The notes under the pieces are model-generated. The model made no database searches, was not told where the DNA came from, and saw only the letters and a list, made by a program, of their open reading frames with translations. This document shows, one piece after another, positions 48,501 through 60,495 of a stretch of DNA of 64,000 nucleotides (positions are counted from its first letter, which is position 1; the number at the start of each line of letters is the position of its first letter). This DNA comes from Tubiluchus corallicola (taxonomy: Eukaryota > Animalia > Priapulida), in NCBI GenBank assembly GCA_030141605.1, contig JAQGDQ010000022.1, positions 372,001 to 436,000 on the forward strand, in the 5' to 3' direction. Both the position numbers and the translations under genes were made by a program.

Positions 48501-50681
48501 TGTAAAGATGACCCTGACCAACTGATTAAATAATTACGTAACTAAATGTGCATGATTTAAAGAGTTCCACCAATTTTTACCGTAAGTAGCATCCTAATCA
48601 TTAATGTTCTAACTGGATTAAATATAGCAATACTGTAGTCAAATAGACTTTATTTCTAATGTTAGTTAAAAATCAAGTTTAACTAAAACCTTTGTGCAAG
48701 ACTAGTTTGTCATAATTTCTGCAGATCAGATAGACGTGGCACGGCATGCATTAATTGCAAATATTAGCGTAAACATTTATACCACTTTCATCTAAAAATC
48801 ATATAATCATGTCAACTGTTAATATCTGTTAAGTGCAATACCATTTAGGCATTACTCCTACTACACACTACACTTCACACGACCCACTACTACTACCCCC
48901 TCCCCCGCCACTATTAATTCACTACCACTGAAATACCACTGTTACAGCTGCATTGCCATTATCACTGTGAATATCTCTAGTACTGCAATTATCACAACCA
49001 CTCACTATACAACTGCTGTAAGTGATCTACCACCACAACCACCACCAACTAAGAGGGTCACTCTAGATGAGGCCGGCGACCAATCCACCGGTCGGAGAAA
49101 TATTGCGTTAAGACAGACTATCTCACAATAATGGTGACCCATTTAAAGTCTAAATACAAAAAGACGTCTTAAGCAATGCTTTTGATTCTTATTCCACAGA
49201 GCTTGCCAAGATTTTGAAAAGTTCAAGGTGTGTGTGGTGACTTTTGAGATACGCAGAAATTTGTCACAGTTAAACAGATATGTGTACACATGGCTAGAAT
49301 TATGTGGTCAATCATTATCACCCCTTCAAAGTTTAACAGCTCAACATAATACAGCTTGTTGTTCACGTTCAGGTCATACAAAATACATGCATGATGTAGT
49401 AAGTTAAAGCATTTAACTAAAGTTACTCAAGTTAGGCTTGATGAAAAAGCATTTCACGTAGATGGTCACGTAGTAAGCTAATAACGTACAATTTTATGGC
49501 GAAATTGTTATGCCTCCTTAAATAGGTAGAATTACGCGCCGAACACAGAACTACAAGTACAACTGGAGTAAGTACACATTAACAAACTTATAATAATACT
49601 GACGCCAATACCTATATGGCGAAATTAAGGCATATTATCAATTTTCTTACCTTACTACTTTTATCCCTGAATTCTGTATTTTGATATCAAATAGTTGCAA
49701 AATAACATTGTAATACATTATAATTCTGTTTTAATATCAATTTGTTACTTATTGCTTCTTTAATGTAATCGTCTACTGGTGGAAAAAACCGCAGTTATTA
49801 AACATCTGAAACTAAGCTTGGTTGAAAGAAAAAACATGAACGTGACAGAGATCCATAGAACCTGGATTTGAACCAAGGACTTCAAGATTGCATTGTTAAC
49901 TTACAATATTACATTCCACTTACTTATTAGTACGGCACAATAATTTGTTAATGGTATAATTTTATTTATTAAGTAATATATGTTTACACTTGCCAGAAAT
50001 TTCCATTTTTTATGAAATTTGCAAGAAATGTTTTGTTGCCAGGAAGTCTAGAAGGTTATTTTGAAGCTAAGTACGTTTTCATACATATGTCAGGATTTAA
50101 AAATCAACAGCAAGACCTACTATGTATACATAATTAAAATGTGCACGTATAATAAATTCTATAATCATAATTCTGTGGTTGTAGAAGGACCGCAATCTAG
50201 AGCATTATCAAGAGTAATACTCTAGCCAATGTATAGGAATATCGGCATATCGCCATAGCCATGTTAGGTTGTGTACACATCCACTTTCAATGAAGTCATG
50301 AAGAGTACAGTAGATTTTGTACTAGAAGCGTGTTTTGGCGGGTCACCCATCGATTTGTTGACCAGGCTCAGCGATACTTAACTTCGGTCGCTCAGCACCC
50401 ACCGGGACCAATCAGTACGGTTTTATATGTTTTGTGAAATTATTAGCTCTGGGTTTTAAACCTTTAATAGACGACCAATAAAGTTTCTTTTGCTATTACC
50501 TGAAAAGGTCGAGAGAATGCGAAAGCGAAAGGAACCTTTATCGTTGTTATTATTGTAGTTTCTAAAAAACGAATTACTAGTTTTACGTACTAATTTATGA
50601 AATGCAATATCAATAACTAAAAAGATCTGCAAATTTTAAAAATTACGTTACTTACTCAACATTATCTTTTTTGTCTTTCAT
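32038..50681 (-). CDS. SLC26: Multi-exon gene: SLC26/SulP-family anion transporter (prestin/SLC26A5/A6-like) with STAS domain, ~803 aa. CDS = join(50681-50656,41331-41085,38993-38766,38461-38350,35461-35324,34089-33914,33522-32038)
   Basis: 2412 nt = 804 codons; phases 2,0,0,1,1,0 are consistent. Hallmarks [55 protein letters not shown] and STAS LDC..FTYVD..G. The exact paralog cannot be assigned. Confidence 0.93.
33914..34089 (-). CDS. SLC26 exon ([16 protein letters not shown]...[14 protein letters not shown])
   Basis: Acceptor tttctag, donor CAG|gtgagc, phase 1-0. Confidence 0.95.
34411..35006. mobile_element. Non-autonomous TTAA-flanked (Kolobok-like) element, copy 2, in an SLC26 intron
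   Basis: Perfect TTAA at 34407-34410 and 35007-35010; short TIR AG(C/G)ACAA; homologous to 21518-22181. Confidence 0.85.
35195..35284. repeat. Degenerate (GAT)n microsatellite; similar tracts at ~28683-28720, 43335-43430, 53315-53376 and 63421-63441
   Basis: Read directly. Confidence 0.9.
35324..35461 (-). CDS. SLC26 exon ([11 protein letters not shown]... extracellular loop with NGS and NIT sequons)
   Basis: Acceptor cgtttag, donor G|gtaatt, phase 1-1; found by manual translation, absent from the ORF track. Confidence 0.92.
36246..37402. mobile_element. Foldback-type element whose arms are ~15-bp tandem repeats (GGTAAAAATGGCACA); internal (TA)n and AACCCTAACCCTAA
   Basis: aaaaatggc(a/g)c array at 36246-36333 and the complementary gtgccattttt array at 37201-37402. 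Confidence 0.75.
38350..38461 (-). CDS. SLC26 exon ([17 protein letters not shown]...GTSRHISI)
   Basis: Acceptor ttttacag, donor G|gtaaac; sulfate-transporter signature region. Confidence 0.95.
38766..38993 (-). CDS. SLC26 exon (AEFEEKY...[16 protein letters not shown])
   Basis: Acceptor gtgcag, donor CAG|gtaaaa, 76 codons. Confidence 0.95.
39086..39131 (+). mobile_element. MITE terminus of CAGGGGCGGAT type (hAT-like); a related opposite-strand end at 27361-27375
   Basis: caggggcggattaaccattaggc...gccttaggcc at 39086; ctggatccgcccctg at 27361. Confidence 0.45.
40286..40408. mobile_element. Small MITE, PIF/Harbinger-like
   Basis: ttaa|gg...tacacac...ataatatt pairs with aatattat...gtgtgta...cc|ttaa. 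Confidence 0.55.
41085..41331 (-). CDS. SLC26 exon ([17 protein letters not shown]...MADEEDEQ...[10 protein letters not shown])
   Basis: Acceptor ttttcag, donor GAG|gtaata, fully open frame. Y.V.R..Y matches the SLC26 N-terminal motif. The in-frame ATG at 41201 is an alternative start. Confidence 0.85.
41819..42380 (-). mobile_element. 5'-truncated CR1/L2-group LINE 3' end
   Basis: ORF 41910..42359 ([11 protein letters not shown]...[14 protein letters not shown]) is the post-RT motif of this group; then AATAAA and a (TA)n tail. Confidence 0.75.
43808..43874. repeat. (GTACG/GTACA)n pentanucleotide microsatellite
   Basis: Read directly; possibly a retroelement tail. Confidence 0.9.
45057..45526 (+). 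repeat. Dispersed repeat family copy B (homologous to 2437-2855); probably part of a larger element from ~44100 to ~45640
   Basis: Same collinear blocks as copy A. Confidence 0.8.
46950..47555. repeat. Composite repeat: four diverged ~130-145-bp units, a (CAA)-rich tract and a short terminal palindrome (HINE/Helentron-like layout)
   Basis: tcgat(g/a)caga.t....tctagta recurs at ~46969, 47100, 47243 and 47382; gccatcttgaattcaa occurs twice. Confidence 0.7.
50337..50410 (-). mobile_element. 5S rRNA-derived SINE-like fragment
   Basis: Minus strand reads cgaagttaag....gagcctggtca....cgatgggtgacccgcc, aligning with the 5S internal promoter region (gaagctaagc...gcctggttagtacttggatgggagaccgcc). Confidence 0.6.
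50656..50681 (-). CDS. SLC26 probable first coding exon (MKDKKDNV[E])
   Basis: ATG with A at -3; consensus donor GA|gtaagt; phase 2 matches the open frame of exon 41331-41085. Confidence 0.6.
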
Positions 50682-53600
50682 GATACCTATTGTTCTTGAA
50701 CACAACAATTAAAAAACAATTATTCACAAATTTACAACACAGCATATATTTTAGATATTTTCTTCTCAAGTTTTCAACACTTTCACATCAAGTTGGCCGC
50801 ATTTTCAGAACAATTGACCCATATTGGCAGTCAATACACATTTATGACTCGAAGGACGACTCCTGGCGATGGCAAAAGGCAGAGACATGTACGCAGGTAA
50901 TTTTGTTTACGGAGAAAGTGAAGGTTCGATGACCAAAGACAAGAGGATGACCATCGTTTACGTCAAAACGACAGTAATTACATTATGTGATGCACGTATC
51001 ACTCCGGGAATGAGCAGCCTTAAGTATATCCGCTAGCGTGTTTGCAGAGTGTAAACAACTAAGCATGTTGCACGCTGCATAACATTATGGACGATGTTAA
51101 AAAAAGAGTTTCAGAAGGCAAAACTGGCAGAATCGCTCAGACTTTTAAACATTGATTGCCGCGAGTTCGAGCCTGTAAATGTGATGAACATTTTGGCGAC
51201 TTTTCAGACCAATTAAAGATGGTTCACACACATGCATGCATCATTTTTACGCGTTTCGCAAGACAGGGACAAAACACGAAAGAATTGTAACTCTGCAGCA
51301 CTAAACACACAAACTAAAACTATCCTCATGGCACTATCATAAATTCCGCCGCCGCACGAATGTGAAAGCGCCCTTTGGCCTTATTACACGCGAGCGGTGG
51401 GACCTTGAGTGATATGAGTGACTTGACGCCTACAAGTTTCAAAATTCGAATAATCTATCGTGTTTAATGGTACTGGCAATCTGAGACATAAACATTCATT
51501 TTACTCTTGAAATCGTGCCACAATTCAAGATCGAAATCGTGATCACAAAATAAGATAGTGTAATCGTTTTTTACCAATTATATGACTATGAGATAATAAT
51601 AAATATTGCGTAGAAAAATACTCGAAGGACCGGATGAATAAATATCTTTATAAACTGCACGGCTCCTTAAAAGCATAAGTTCGATTTGGCCACCAAAGCA
51701 GGTTGCAATATTCAGTATAGTGCGCAACATTATTGCCGTAATCCCATTGACGTAAAAATATAATTCTTAGATGTGCTGTTCTTAGATTCTTAAAAGCTTT
51801 ATAAACTCCATTGACTACATGTTATGCATAATTTCAAATGACATCACGGAATAAATTCCTACTGACGAATTTGAAACAACTAATAAAAAATGTCACAATA
51901 TAATACCTGCTATTTTAACTGTTCCAGTTCTTTACAAGTAACCTGCTCAATTAACATTTGCATATGCAAAAGACGTTGCAAAAAAAGTTGATGTATTATA
52001 GGATTTATAAGTAATTAAGTAGTAGCAAACAGACAGTCATATTTAATATGTAAAACTTTTGACAATTTCTAATTAATGGAATACCTTAGCACGCAAAACA
52101 AAACCACTTTAAACAGCGAACGTTATATTTGAAACGTTCAACAGAAACGTGAAAATAAACAGAAGAAAAAGCTGCATATTGGCAATATTGCTGTTGGCGT
52201 TTCAACTGAAACAGCTTCTGCAATTAAAAACAACTTTTGAAAGGGATATTTTGGGCATTTCAGTCTGATTTGTGCCAAGACAGGGGAGGAAAACGAGAAA
52301 CTCATTTTTTTCACAGTCTACAAAAATATTACAGAGTCAACAGGAAGACACTAAGCTGCAATAAATTTGCATTAGTCCATCACATCATGTATTTTTAGTA
52401 GCTGCAGTTTCCAGTGCAAGTAATGATTTGCCTAGCTGCATGCGTTAAAGCTACGATAAACCTACGATGTATGTGTTTGCAACCTGAAAAGAATATGTAA
52501 AGAAATGAAAATAATAATTCAGTTAAATAAAATCAAACTTTCTGTATGCTAAGAAGCCAAGGTACTCTAAATGTTTTAACAATTTAAAAATAGACTTGTA
52601 CTCAAAATTAAGTAACTTCCATTTTCAGCACATTCAAGGTGATCTGACTATCAGTCCAGTTTAGTACGTAGTAATTAGATTGTTCCGTTTAATTATCAAA
52701 CTAAGTGCAGTAAAGTAGTTTCTCAAAATTTCATGTTTTAAGTCATCATTCTGTGTCCACAAAATTGCTTACAAAATTAACTTCTTACCAGGCCGAAAAT
52801 GCCTTACAAGAAGACAATCTTTTAGCATGAACGTATTAGCTAACCATTTTTCTACAGCTTCTACTATAGTATTTTCTGTTTATGATAATTTGAAACTGAA
52901 TACAAAACTTTTAAGTCGATTTCGAGTACTTTTTCTTTTCTACCGTAATCCAAGTTACCCATTTACAGAATACAGACAGTAACTATTACGATTCTCAAAT
53001 GGCGAACTGAGGTGAAATATCGTCCTTAAAATAACCCAAGCTCTTCTCAAAATATTTTTCAAAGATGGAGATGCCAGGTGTTTTGAGATGTTTTTGTTAA
53101 AACTCCTGCTGGGTGAACCAGATTTGCGAATAGACGAATTACAGGCTTTACGAACTTCAAATTGGTGGTTAAAGGAATAAAAACAATTCAAAACCAATCT
53201 GAACGTCATAATATGAACAGCAGCACAAAAAATAAAATAACAGCATTAGACGGTGTATAGACAGTCAAACAACGTTGTTTTCCAGAAACAGGCGGTGGAG
53301 GTGCTGGTGCTGGTGTTGATGATGATTATGATGATCGTGATGATGATCACGATGACGATGATAACCACGACGATGACTACACTGCGACAGTGGCAATAAA
53401 ATAACGAATACAGCGATGGCAAGTTCTGCATTATTGTAAGTGGCAGCAAATTTCCATGAGAAAACCATAAATCTAAATCAAAATCGTTGTACTTACGTGA
53501 CTGTACATGTGTATTGAACTGCATAAGAATGACCCGTTGGCGCCAATTAAGCACTAATGAACCAATAATCCTATATACCTATAGCTATAACTAATGTTAT

Positions 53601-55290
53601 TGACTGGATTAAAAGCCTAGTTAGGAACGCCTGCGTGTTCACGGCATTTCATTCGAGTAATTAGATGTATACACGACCAGAATGACTATTCAATTTATTG
53701 AGATATTTGTCTGGAAATTTCCCATAAAACTTAAGGCAAAACAATTATTTACATATTTTTACCATGTGAAATCTGTTACCAAGACTATTTTATTGATGAA
53801 AATTCATTAGATATTTTGTTTAGCAAGTTACGTAATTACGTATCATTGTTCAAAGCTAGTTTGGTAATAAAAAATATGAACTTTATTATATCATAAACAC
53901 AAACACCCAATGCGGGTTTATACTGAAATGGCTAATGTATTAACGAAAGGTTAATAAGAATAATTAAAGTTATTCAAAGTCAATCAACTGTGCTGCAACA
54001 TCAATAAATGTAGCCTTGCGGGTGTATGTACGTTACAATGTTTTGTATGCAAACGTTATTGTTAACATGACTAAACCCAATCACGTTATACACGACTTTT
54101 TACAAGCCGTCTTCAAAAAATTATTTTAGTTCAGAAGCTTGTTTGGAAATAATTAAACCCTTAGAAACTTGTACAATAAACTACTATTACATACGCCACA
54201 TTAATAATTACAGATACTTCCGTATTGCACCTGCTCAAACTGATTTTTGGAGTAAAGTCTATTCCAACATAAATTTTGCTAGGGAATTCATATAGAAAAA
54301 CCGATTGCCTTGTTAGTAATACGACAAGATTTCTTTTTTGTCTTATATAGCACCTTTAATATTTTAGATTACCTTAAAACTGAGTTAAAAGGCTATTATT
54401 AAACTGTGCACGAAGATGGGGTATAGTTGAGTTGCCACGAAATACCCTTAGCGACTGAAGATAAGCAACCCAGACAGTCAGCAAATGGATAAGTGATTGG
54501 CTGGAGAGTGGCTATTTCTTTCGGAGAGGGAGAATGCATGCACATCAGTTCAGTGTTTCAGGAATTTCAGAAAATTATTCTTGATAATGAGCTAGATTCT
54601 AGTCCTGCTACATGAAGCAGACCTTGCTGTAGAGCGCCAGATCACACCTTGCAGAAAACTAAACTACATAAAAAATATGGGGAAAGGATTATTGCAAGCA
54701 CGTATAAACTATAAGCATAATTTTCATCGCTTTCGGTACAAACCCGGGCAAAGACATTTCCATGAGGGTAGATTCATTTCCAGAAAAGTTTTTTCCTACA
54801 AAATATTTCGCCAGAAAAAAAATCCACGGGAAACTTTCTTGTCAGAAAAACTTACTTCCAAGAAAAATCTTCCCAGAAAAGATTTTTCCCAGAACTGCCA
54901 TCTCCCAGAAATTTTAGAAAATAAAATTCACAGAAATTTTGCCAGAATAAATCCTTTTTAAAGCTTAGTTAAATATTAGGAAACAGAAAAGTATGACGAT
55001 ATTGTAGTTTAGTCTAACTACGCGTATTCATAGATATGGATCATATGATAAAAAATTAGTAAACTCGTTCAGGCAAGAAAGCAGATTTGCAATGTCAGAA
55101 CGATTAGGGTATGTACATGCAGTACTGAATACTCGGCTTCAGTATAAGTTAGCCAAGAATAGCCTCAGAATTAATCATCTTCTTGCTGTTGTTGCTGCCA
55201 CCGCTGCCGCTGTTGCTGTGACAAACCAAAGTTAAAAAACTTTTGCACTTTTGTTTCAATCTGAGTCAGACTTGGGATACTTGTTCATCT

Positions 55291-55450
55291 TGGGGCGAGG
55301 AGAACACTTGAGTGATTCGCGGTGTGCGCTTGGCTACGAAAGCTAAGCAACACCGAATCTGACAACTAATTGGTTGGGTGATCGCTTAGGAATCTCACTG
55401 TTGAGTAGTTTCTTTCACTGCGAAGCCGAATTATCGTTCGTTCAGGGATG
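55291..55450 (+). mobile_element. 5S rRNA-derived SINE-like element
   Basis: gaaagctaagca...ttggttgggtgatcgcttaggaat...gtag follows the 3' two-thirds of 5S rRNA; the 5' part is not 5S-like. Confidence 0.55.
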
Positions 55451-56330
55451 ACGTACATGTATCTAAACGTAACTGTGACACCTCTGCCACTTTAGCATTT
55501 TATCTCAAAGAATTATCTTAATAGTGAATTAGGATCTGGTTCAACCTTAGCAGGCCCTGCCATTAAGTACTGCCCAGTGGCTTGCTGTACACCAAAGACC
55601 TGTAAAAAGTCTTGCGAAGGAGCGTAACTTATTGGGCAGAATTAAACCCCAAGATACATATATGTACAAATCTAAATTAAATTAAATCAAATCATTTATT
55701 TTATCCGAAACAAAAAACAACATGTCAATAATTACAACTTATGACCATGTGGATGGGAAGGCGTGGCGACAAACATACGTTATCGGATCAGCCACACCAC
55801 ATCGGTTTTTGAATAGTTAATAGATAGAGCCAAACAGTCTGCAACTGTAATATAATAAGTAGAATAAGTAAAAAAATATATAAATCAAACAAATAATTAA
55901 ATTTAATGATGATTTAATAAAGCAAAAAACTAACAAGTAAAATAATTTAACTAATTAAACATAAAACATATTTGCGAACAGAAACACAGTAGATTACAGT
56001 GGAAGAAGCAAAACATCATGTAAATTAATAACAGCCAATAATAATTCACGAAACCAAACAAATGTTACAATGCAATGCATTACAAAATAGTAATCCTAAG
56101 TGTGCAAATCAGAGTCTCGTACATAGTAATAACATTCGGTAGGCAGCTGTAAATATCGTCTAAATATTTAGATTTATTTAAGTATTCCCTCAAAAGCAGT
56201 ATCAAAATTGAATTTCATAAAAAAATATGTAAATAATAGTTCGGAAAGCCTCGATGTTTCCATTTTCTACATAGTTTTTTGAACTTTGATTCAACTCCTG
56301 TGACAATCAGTTAAATTTTATGAGAGCTGA

Positions 56331-56600
56331 ATGAAAGAAAGGGGGAGGGAGAGAGAAAGCAAGATAAGTGGGACAAAGGGGTGAGGGAAAGAGGGAGGGG
56401 TGGAGAGAAGAGAGAAGCAAAGAGATAAAGACAGAGAAGAAGAGAGAGACTACGAAGACGAGAGTGAAAGATAGCGAAGAAGAAGAGAGAGGGGGAACGA
56501 AATGGGGATACAGGGGCAGGGAAAGAGAAAGGGAAAGAAAATCGCTAGGTAGGGAGGAAGGTAGAGAGGGAAAGGCAAAGAGAAAAAGAGAAATGGAAAG
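56331..56600 (+). repeat. Polypurine (GA-rich) low-complexity tract
   Basis: Read directly; it explains the spurious ORF 56368..56619. Confidence 0.9.
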
Positions 56601-57783
56601 CTTTATTCTATTAATGTAAGAGATCTCGCAATTAAAAACGTAACAGTGATTTTTCTCATAAAAATCTTTCCAGAAAAAAGTTTTCTAGGAAAAATATTTG
56701 CCTCGAAAAAAGTTTCCTGGGAAAAATTTATCAGGTAGATTTTTTTCGAGAGTAATTTCTCTGGAAAAAAGATGTTCTGTAAAAAATCTGAGAAGCAAAT
56801 TTTCTGGGAAGCGGACCAAAACCTTCTGTGGGACTAAAACAAGTCGTTGATCGTAAATTTTAACCAGCCAACACAGTTTATTGTGCCAGCTTTAAATTAG
56901 TGGCCCTTTAAGAAATGTTGCGTTACACATTTTATTACCATCATCCCACATTTCACTAGGACAAGACTGTCACACAAAAGTATCGATTTTTTGTTGAAAT
57001 TCTTCACTAATGATATACTGCAACAGATATCATATAGAACAGATGTTTTTAGACAACCCAAGCAATCTTCTTGCTTTCCAACTTGCTTAAAAAACGTTAA
57101 GGCTTAGCAGATGTAATCTGCTGATGATCACTCCAATTCATTTAGCATGATTACCAGACACTGCGCAGATTCCTTGAAACAGGGATGCCAAAAAAGTTGG
57201 AAAATGCACAAAATGCTGAAGTATGGCGGCAAACGTTAGCACTTTCATAATGACGTTTGCATATGAAGGATCTGGCCAAAGAGATATCGACACAGCTATT
57301 TAATTAGCCTTAGGTCAATAATACAAGCTTCCGTGCTTCTCTGAGTGGCAAACGGCAATAAACCACTAAATCGTTGAAATACGATAACGGCAATAACAAT
57401 GATGACGACTATGCTGTTATTAGCGCTTATGGCAGTTGCTATGTATAGCAGAGTGGCAGTGGCATCTGGTAATGACAATAAATGTCAACAAGGATATGCT
57501 GGAGTATTGACGGTACCGCCAATGGAAATAACGCCAACATCGTCATCATCGTCGCCGTCGTCATCACCGCCAATACCATTAACCATGCTTATCATGGAAT
57601 CTCATAAGAATAGTGAATAAAAGCTTATTAATTTCATTTGCATTATGACAGTGATAAATACGACGACGACAAAGATTATAACGGCAACAATAACGATAGT
57701 GCATGACAAAACTGATCTGTAAGTTAGTTAACTTAAGTGGCATTCACAGTATAAATTAAATTATTTTTTAATAATGTACAACC

Positions 57784-57922
57784 TCTATCCACACAAATTC
57801 ACTACCTACTATCGTTAAGGGGAAAGCCATCGTCATCACAAATTCACCACCTATCATCATCAAAGGAACCACTATAGTTCTCACTTTGATGATGATAGAC
57901 GGTGAATTTGTGTGGATTGAGA
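57784..57922. repeat. Inverted repeat with 29-bp arms (57837-57865 / 57884-57912) plus an upstream direct copy of the left arm
   Basis: cacaaattcacc(ac)ctatcatcatcaaag versus the reverse complement cacaaattcacc(gt)ctatcatcatcaaag. Confidence 0.9.
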
Positions 57923-60495
57923 TTTGTTGAGAGCAATTTTTGTATTGGTGGCCAATAGCACACTTAGTGACTTCAACAATCCAGTACAATCACAAATCTT
58001 GCACTCAGCAATTGGACCGCTTAGTCAATAAGAAATTTAGGTTTTCCAGTTTTGTCACAACAGAAAATGTAAAGACAAGACGTTAGTATACAAAGCTACG
58101 CGCCAATGAGGGCTAAATACTGGCACGAACACTAATCGAAATCAGTTACAATGCTTTTTCAAATTTACACGATTAGCGAAGACACGAAGTAGTATCAAGT
58201 ATATCAGTGCTCGGCCACAAATTAACTGTCCTGACCTCGTCACAAATTAAATGTGACTGATTTCCTCGTAGTCTAACTTCTTTAACATAACCCCAAAGTT
58301 GGTCCTATGGCTAAAGTTAATCAACACCGAGGTTTGTCAATGAACAGAATCAATGGACGAGGGAAGGCCGGTTTAACAATCGCTCTGCGTAGTTTCATTT
58401 GTCGTACTGATTCTCGTGAGTGTATTCATATCAAAACGGGCTTAAGACATCTCTACCAGTTTAATGTCTCATCATAGAGGACATACATACGTGATAATCA
58501 ACAAAGTCGCCACAACCATTAACTCAAAGTGAACTTCAAGCTGATGCCTCACAGATGAGGTTCCCCCTATACTTCAAGTGATGGCACTATCTGTCCGCCT
58601 TGCAAGGAGGTGTCCACATTAACCACGTATTAAATGCATAAAAGACTAGTACGCTACATGTAAATTTTCGTTGACACGTCACCTTTTCAGGTATTTTTTA
58701 TTTTATTAATGTGCAAAATCTAAAAACCTCATTCATTGAAATTCTTACTACTAGTTGATATACTAATTTGTCCTGGTGGTTCTAAATTAAGGAGTTAGAA
58801 ACTACAGCCTGATTCATTTGAAACTTTACGACAAAAAATAATTCAAGTCAATTAGCTCAAAAATAATCAATTTGTTCAAGGCGCCGAAAATTTTTCAAGG
58901 CATAGCTTTTTTGTCGGGCTGAGAATGTACATTCAGCTGCTAAAAAGTCTTGTTCATACTATATCAAAAATTTCTAAATAGCAAAGCGTGAATCATAACG
59001 TAAAAAATCTAGAAAATAAACCCAAACGTAAGTTGCATAACCAGAAATATTTAATACAAACACAAACTGCAGAACTGTGAAAAAACAGCTCTATAACACG
59101 AATTAACCAAAAATCATGACTTATTACTTTCATTTGTTTCACGGACGCTCGATAGTTACTTCAAAAAGTCTGTAATTTGCAATTTGATAAAACAAATCTA
59201 TGTGGCACTTTCCTGTTTATTCTTACATCTTTTCTTACAGCAGGTTCAGACTAAAGCGTTCTCTCGCAAGTTCTCTCGGAGAGTAAACTTGCAAGTGTGA
59301 ACGGCTTTGCGAGTTCTCTCGCAAATTACTGCAAACTCAGAGCCAAATTTATTTAGAGCATCAACTGGCGGAAGAACTTTCACGATTGTTCGAGTTTTGT
59401 TTTTAATTGTTCAACATGTAATGTTTAAAATCTAAGACATTTTTCGATGCATAGAACACGATGCCTAATACTGTACGTTGCATAATTTATAGTACCTCGA
59501 TCCTATTTAAGTAAACTTTTTTATGGACTACCTAACATATGGTGTGCATACACACTGTATTCTACCAGTCAAATACCAAAACTACCTACTTTGTAAACAA
59601 AAGCGTGTTTTAATCGATATTGTCAAAAAAGCAGCTACCAAAATTCCACAAATTTATCTCATTAGCCTTAGTGAAAATACTTGTTCTGCTGGAAGAGGAA
59701 TTTGAAGGATTTGAATTTAAATTTAAATCTCCTGAATCCCGACTCCTGAGACTAGCTCTGCTGTGTGTTTACGTTATCCCATCAAATGAAACCTCTACGC
59801 CTGACCGACTTTCAACAGTAGCTATAGCTAGCGTCTTCAAATCGAATTTCTGCGAGCATAAACTCGTGGGTTTTTTGCACTTCTGAATCATTGATATTGC
59901 AAATAAAGCCAGTCGCTTCGTCAGCATCGCCATAAAACACAGAAAATTATCAAGTTACGACAGTATGCATTATACAAAGTGCAAAAAGTGGTAAAAATGT
60001 TTTAATTTTATGCTTTAGTGAAATAATCACTAGCGATTTCTCATTTCTCATGGCTCTCAGATACAATGAGACTTCAGTTATTGAGCCTGGAGGAGAACTG
60101 CAGAATAAATACATCTAAAAGATCCGAGAAAAACATTTAATACTTTTTTAAATGGCGTGTCACTTAGCAACTTGACTTTTATTGGAGTGAAAACATAATA
60201 AACCAGTTTTTGTGCGTTAGTTTGTGTTGCTGCCGTAGTACTGTAAAGTGTCAGCATTAGATACAGTCTTGTACACCTTACATTTTTCCTGAAAAGTGAA
60301 TTCTTACACACAAATCTCCAGTTATACTCAAATTTTCAATGTAATCGACATAAAAATGCTATAGTGCACAACACAGTAAATAAAATCATGCGCAATTATA
60401 ATTGCGCGCCACCATCTAATTAGCAAGAGTAATAAACTATTAGCAACTTATACATAATGCAAAATTCAACAAACATAAAAATGTAAATTGCTTAC

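Larger units (their letters stand above)
54733..56823. mobile_element. Second foldback-like element with ~15-bp-period arms (TTCCCAGAAAA / TTTTCTGGGAA) enclosing nested insertions
   Basis: Arrays at ~54760-54945 and ~56660-56810 in opposite orientation. Confidence 0.55.

Noticed and set aside
49855-49900. GGTTCAAATCC B-box on the minus strand, considered as a tRNA gene
   Set aside because: No cloverleaf or acceptor stem can be built; at most a tRNA-SINE scrap.
50337-50410. Functional 5S rRNA gene
   Set aside because: It lacks the 5S 5' domain and terminator and is too diverged; treated as SINE-like instead.
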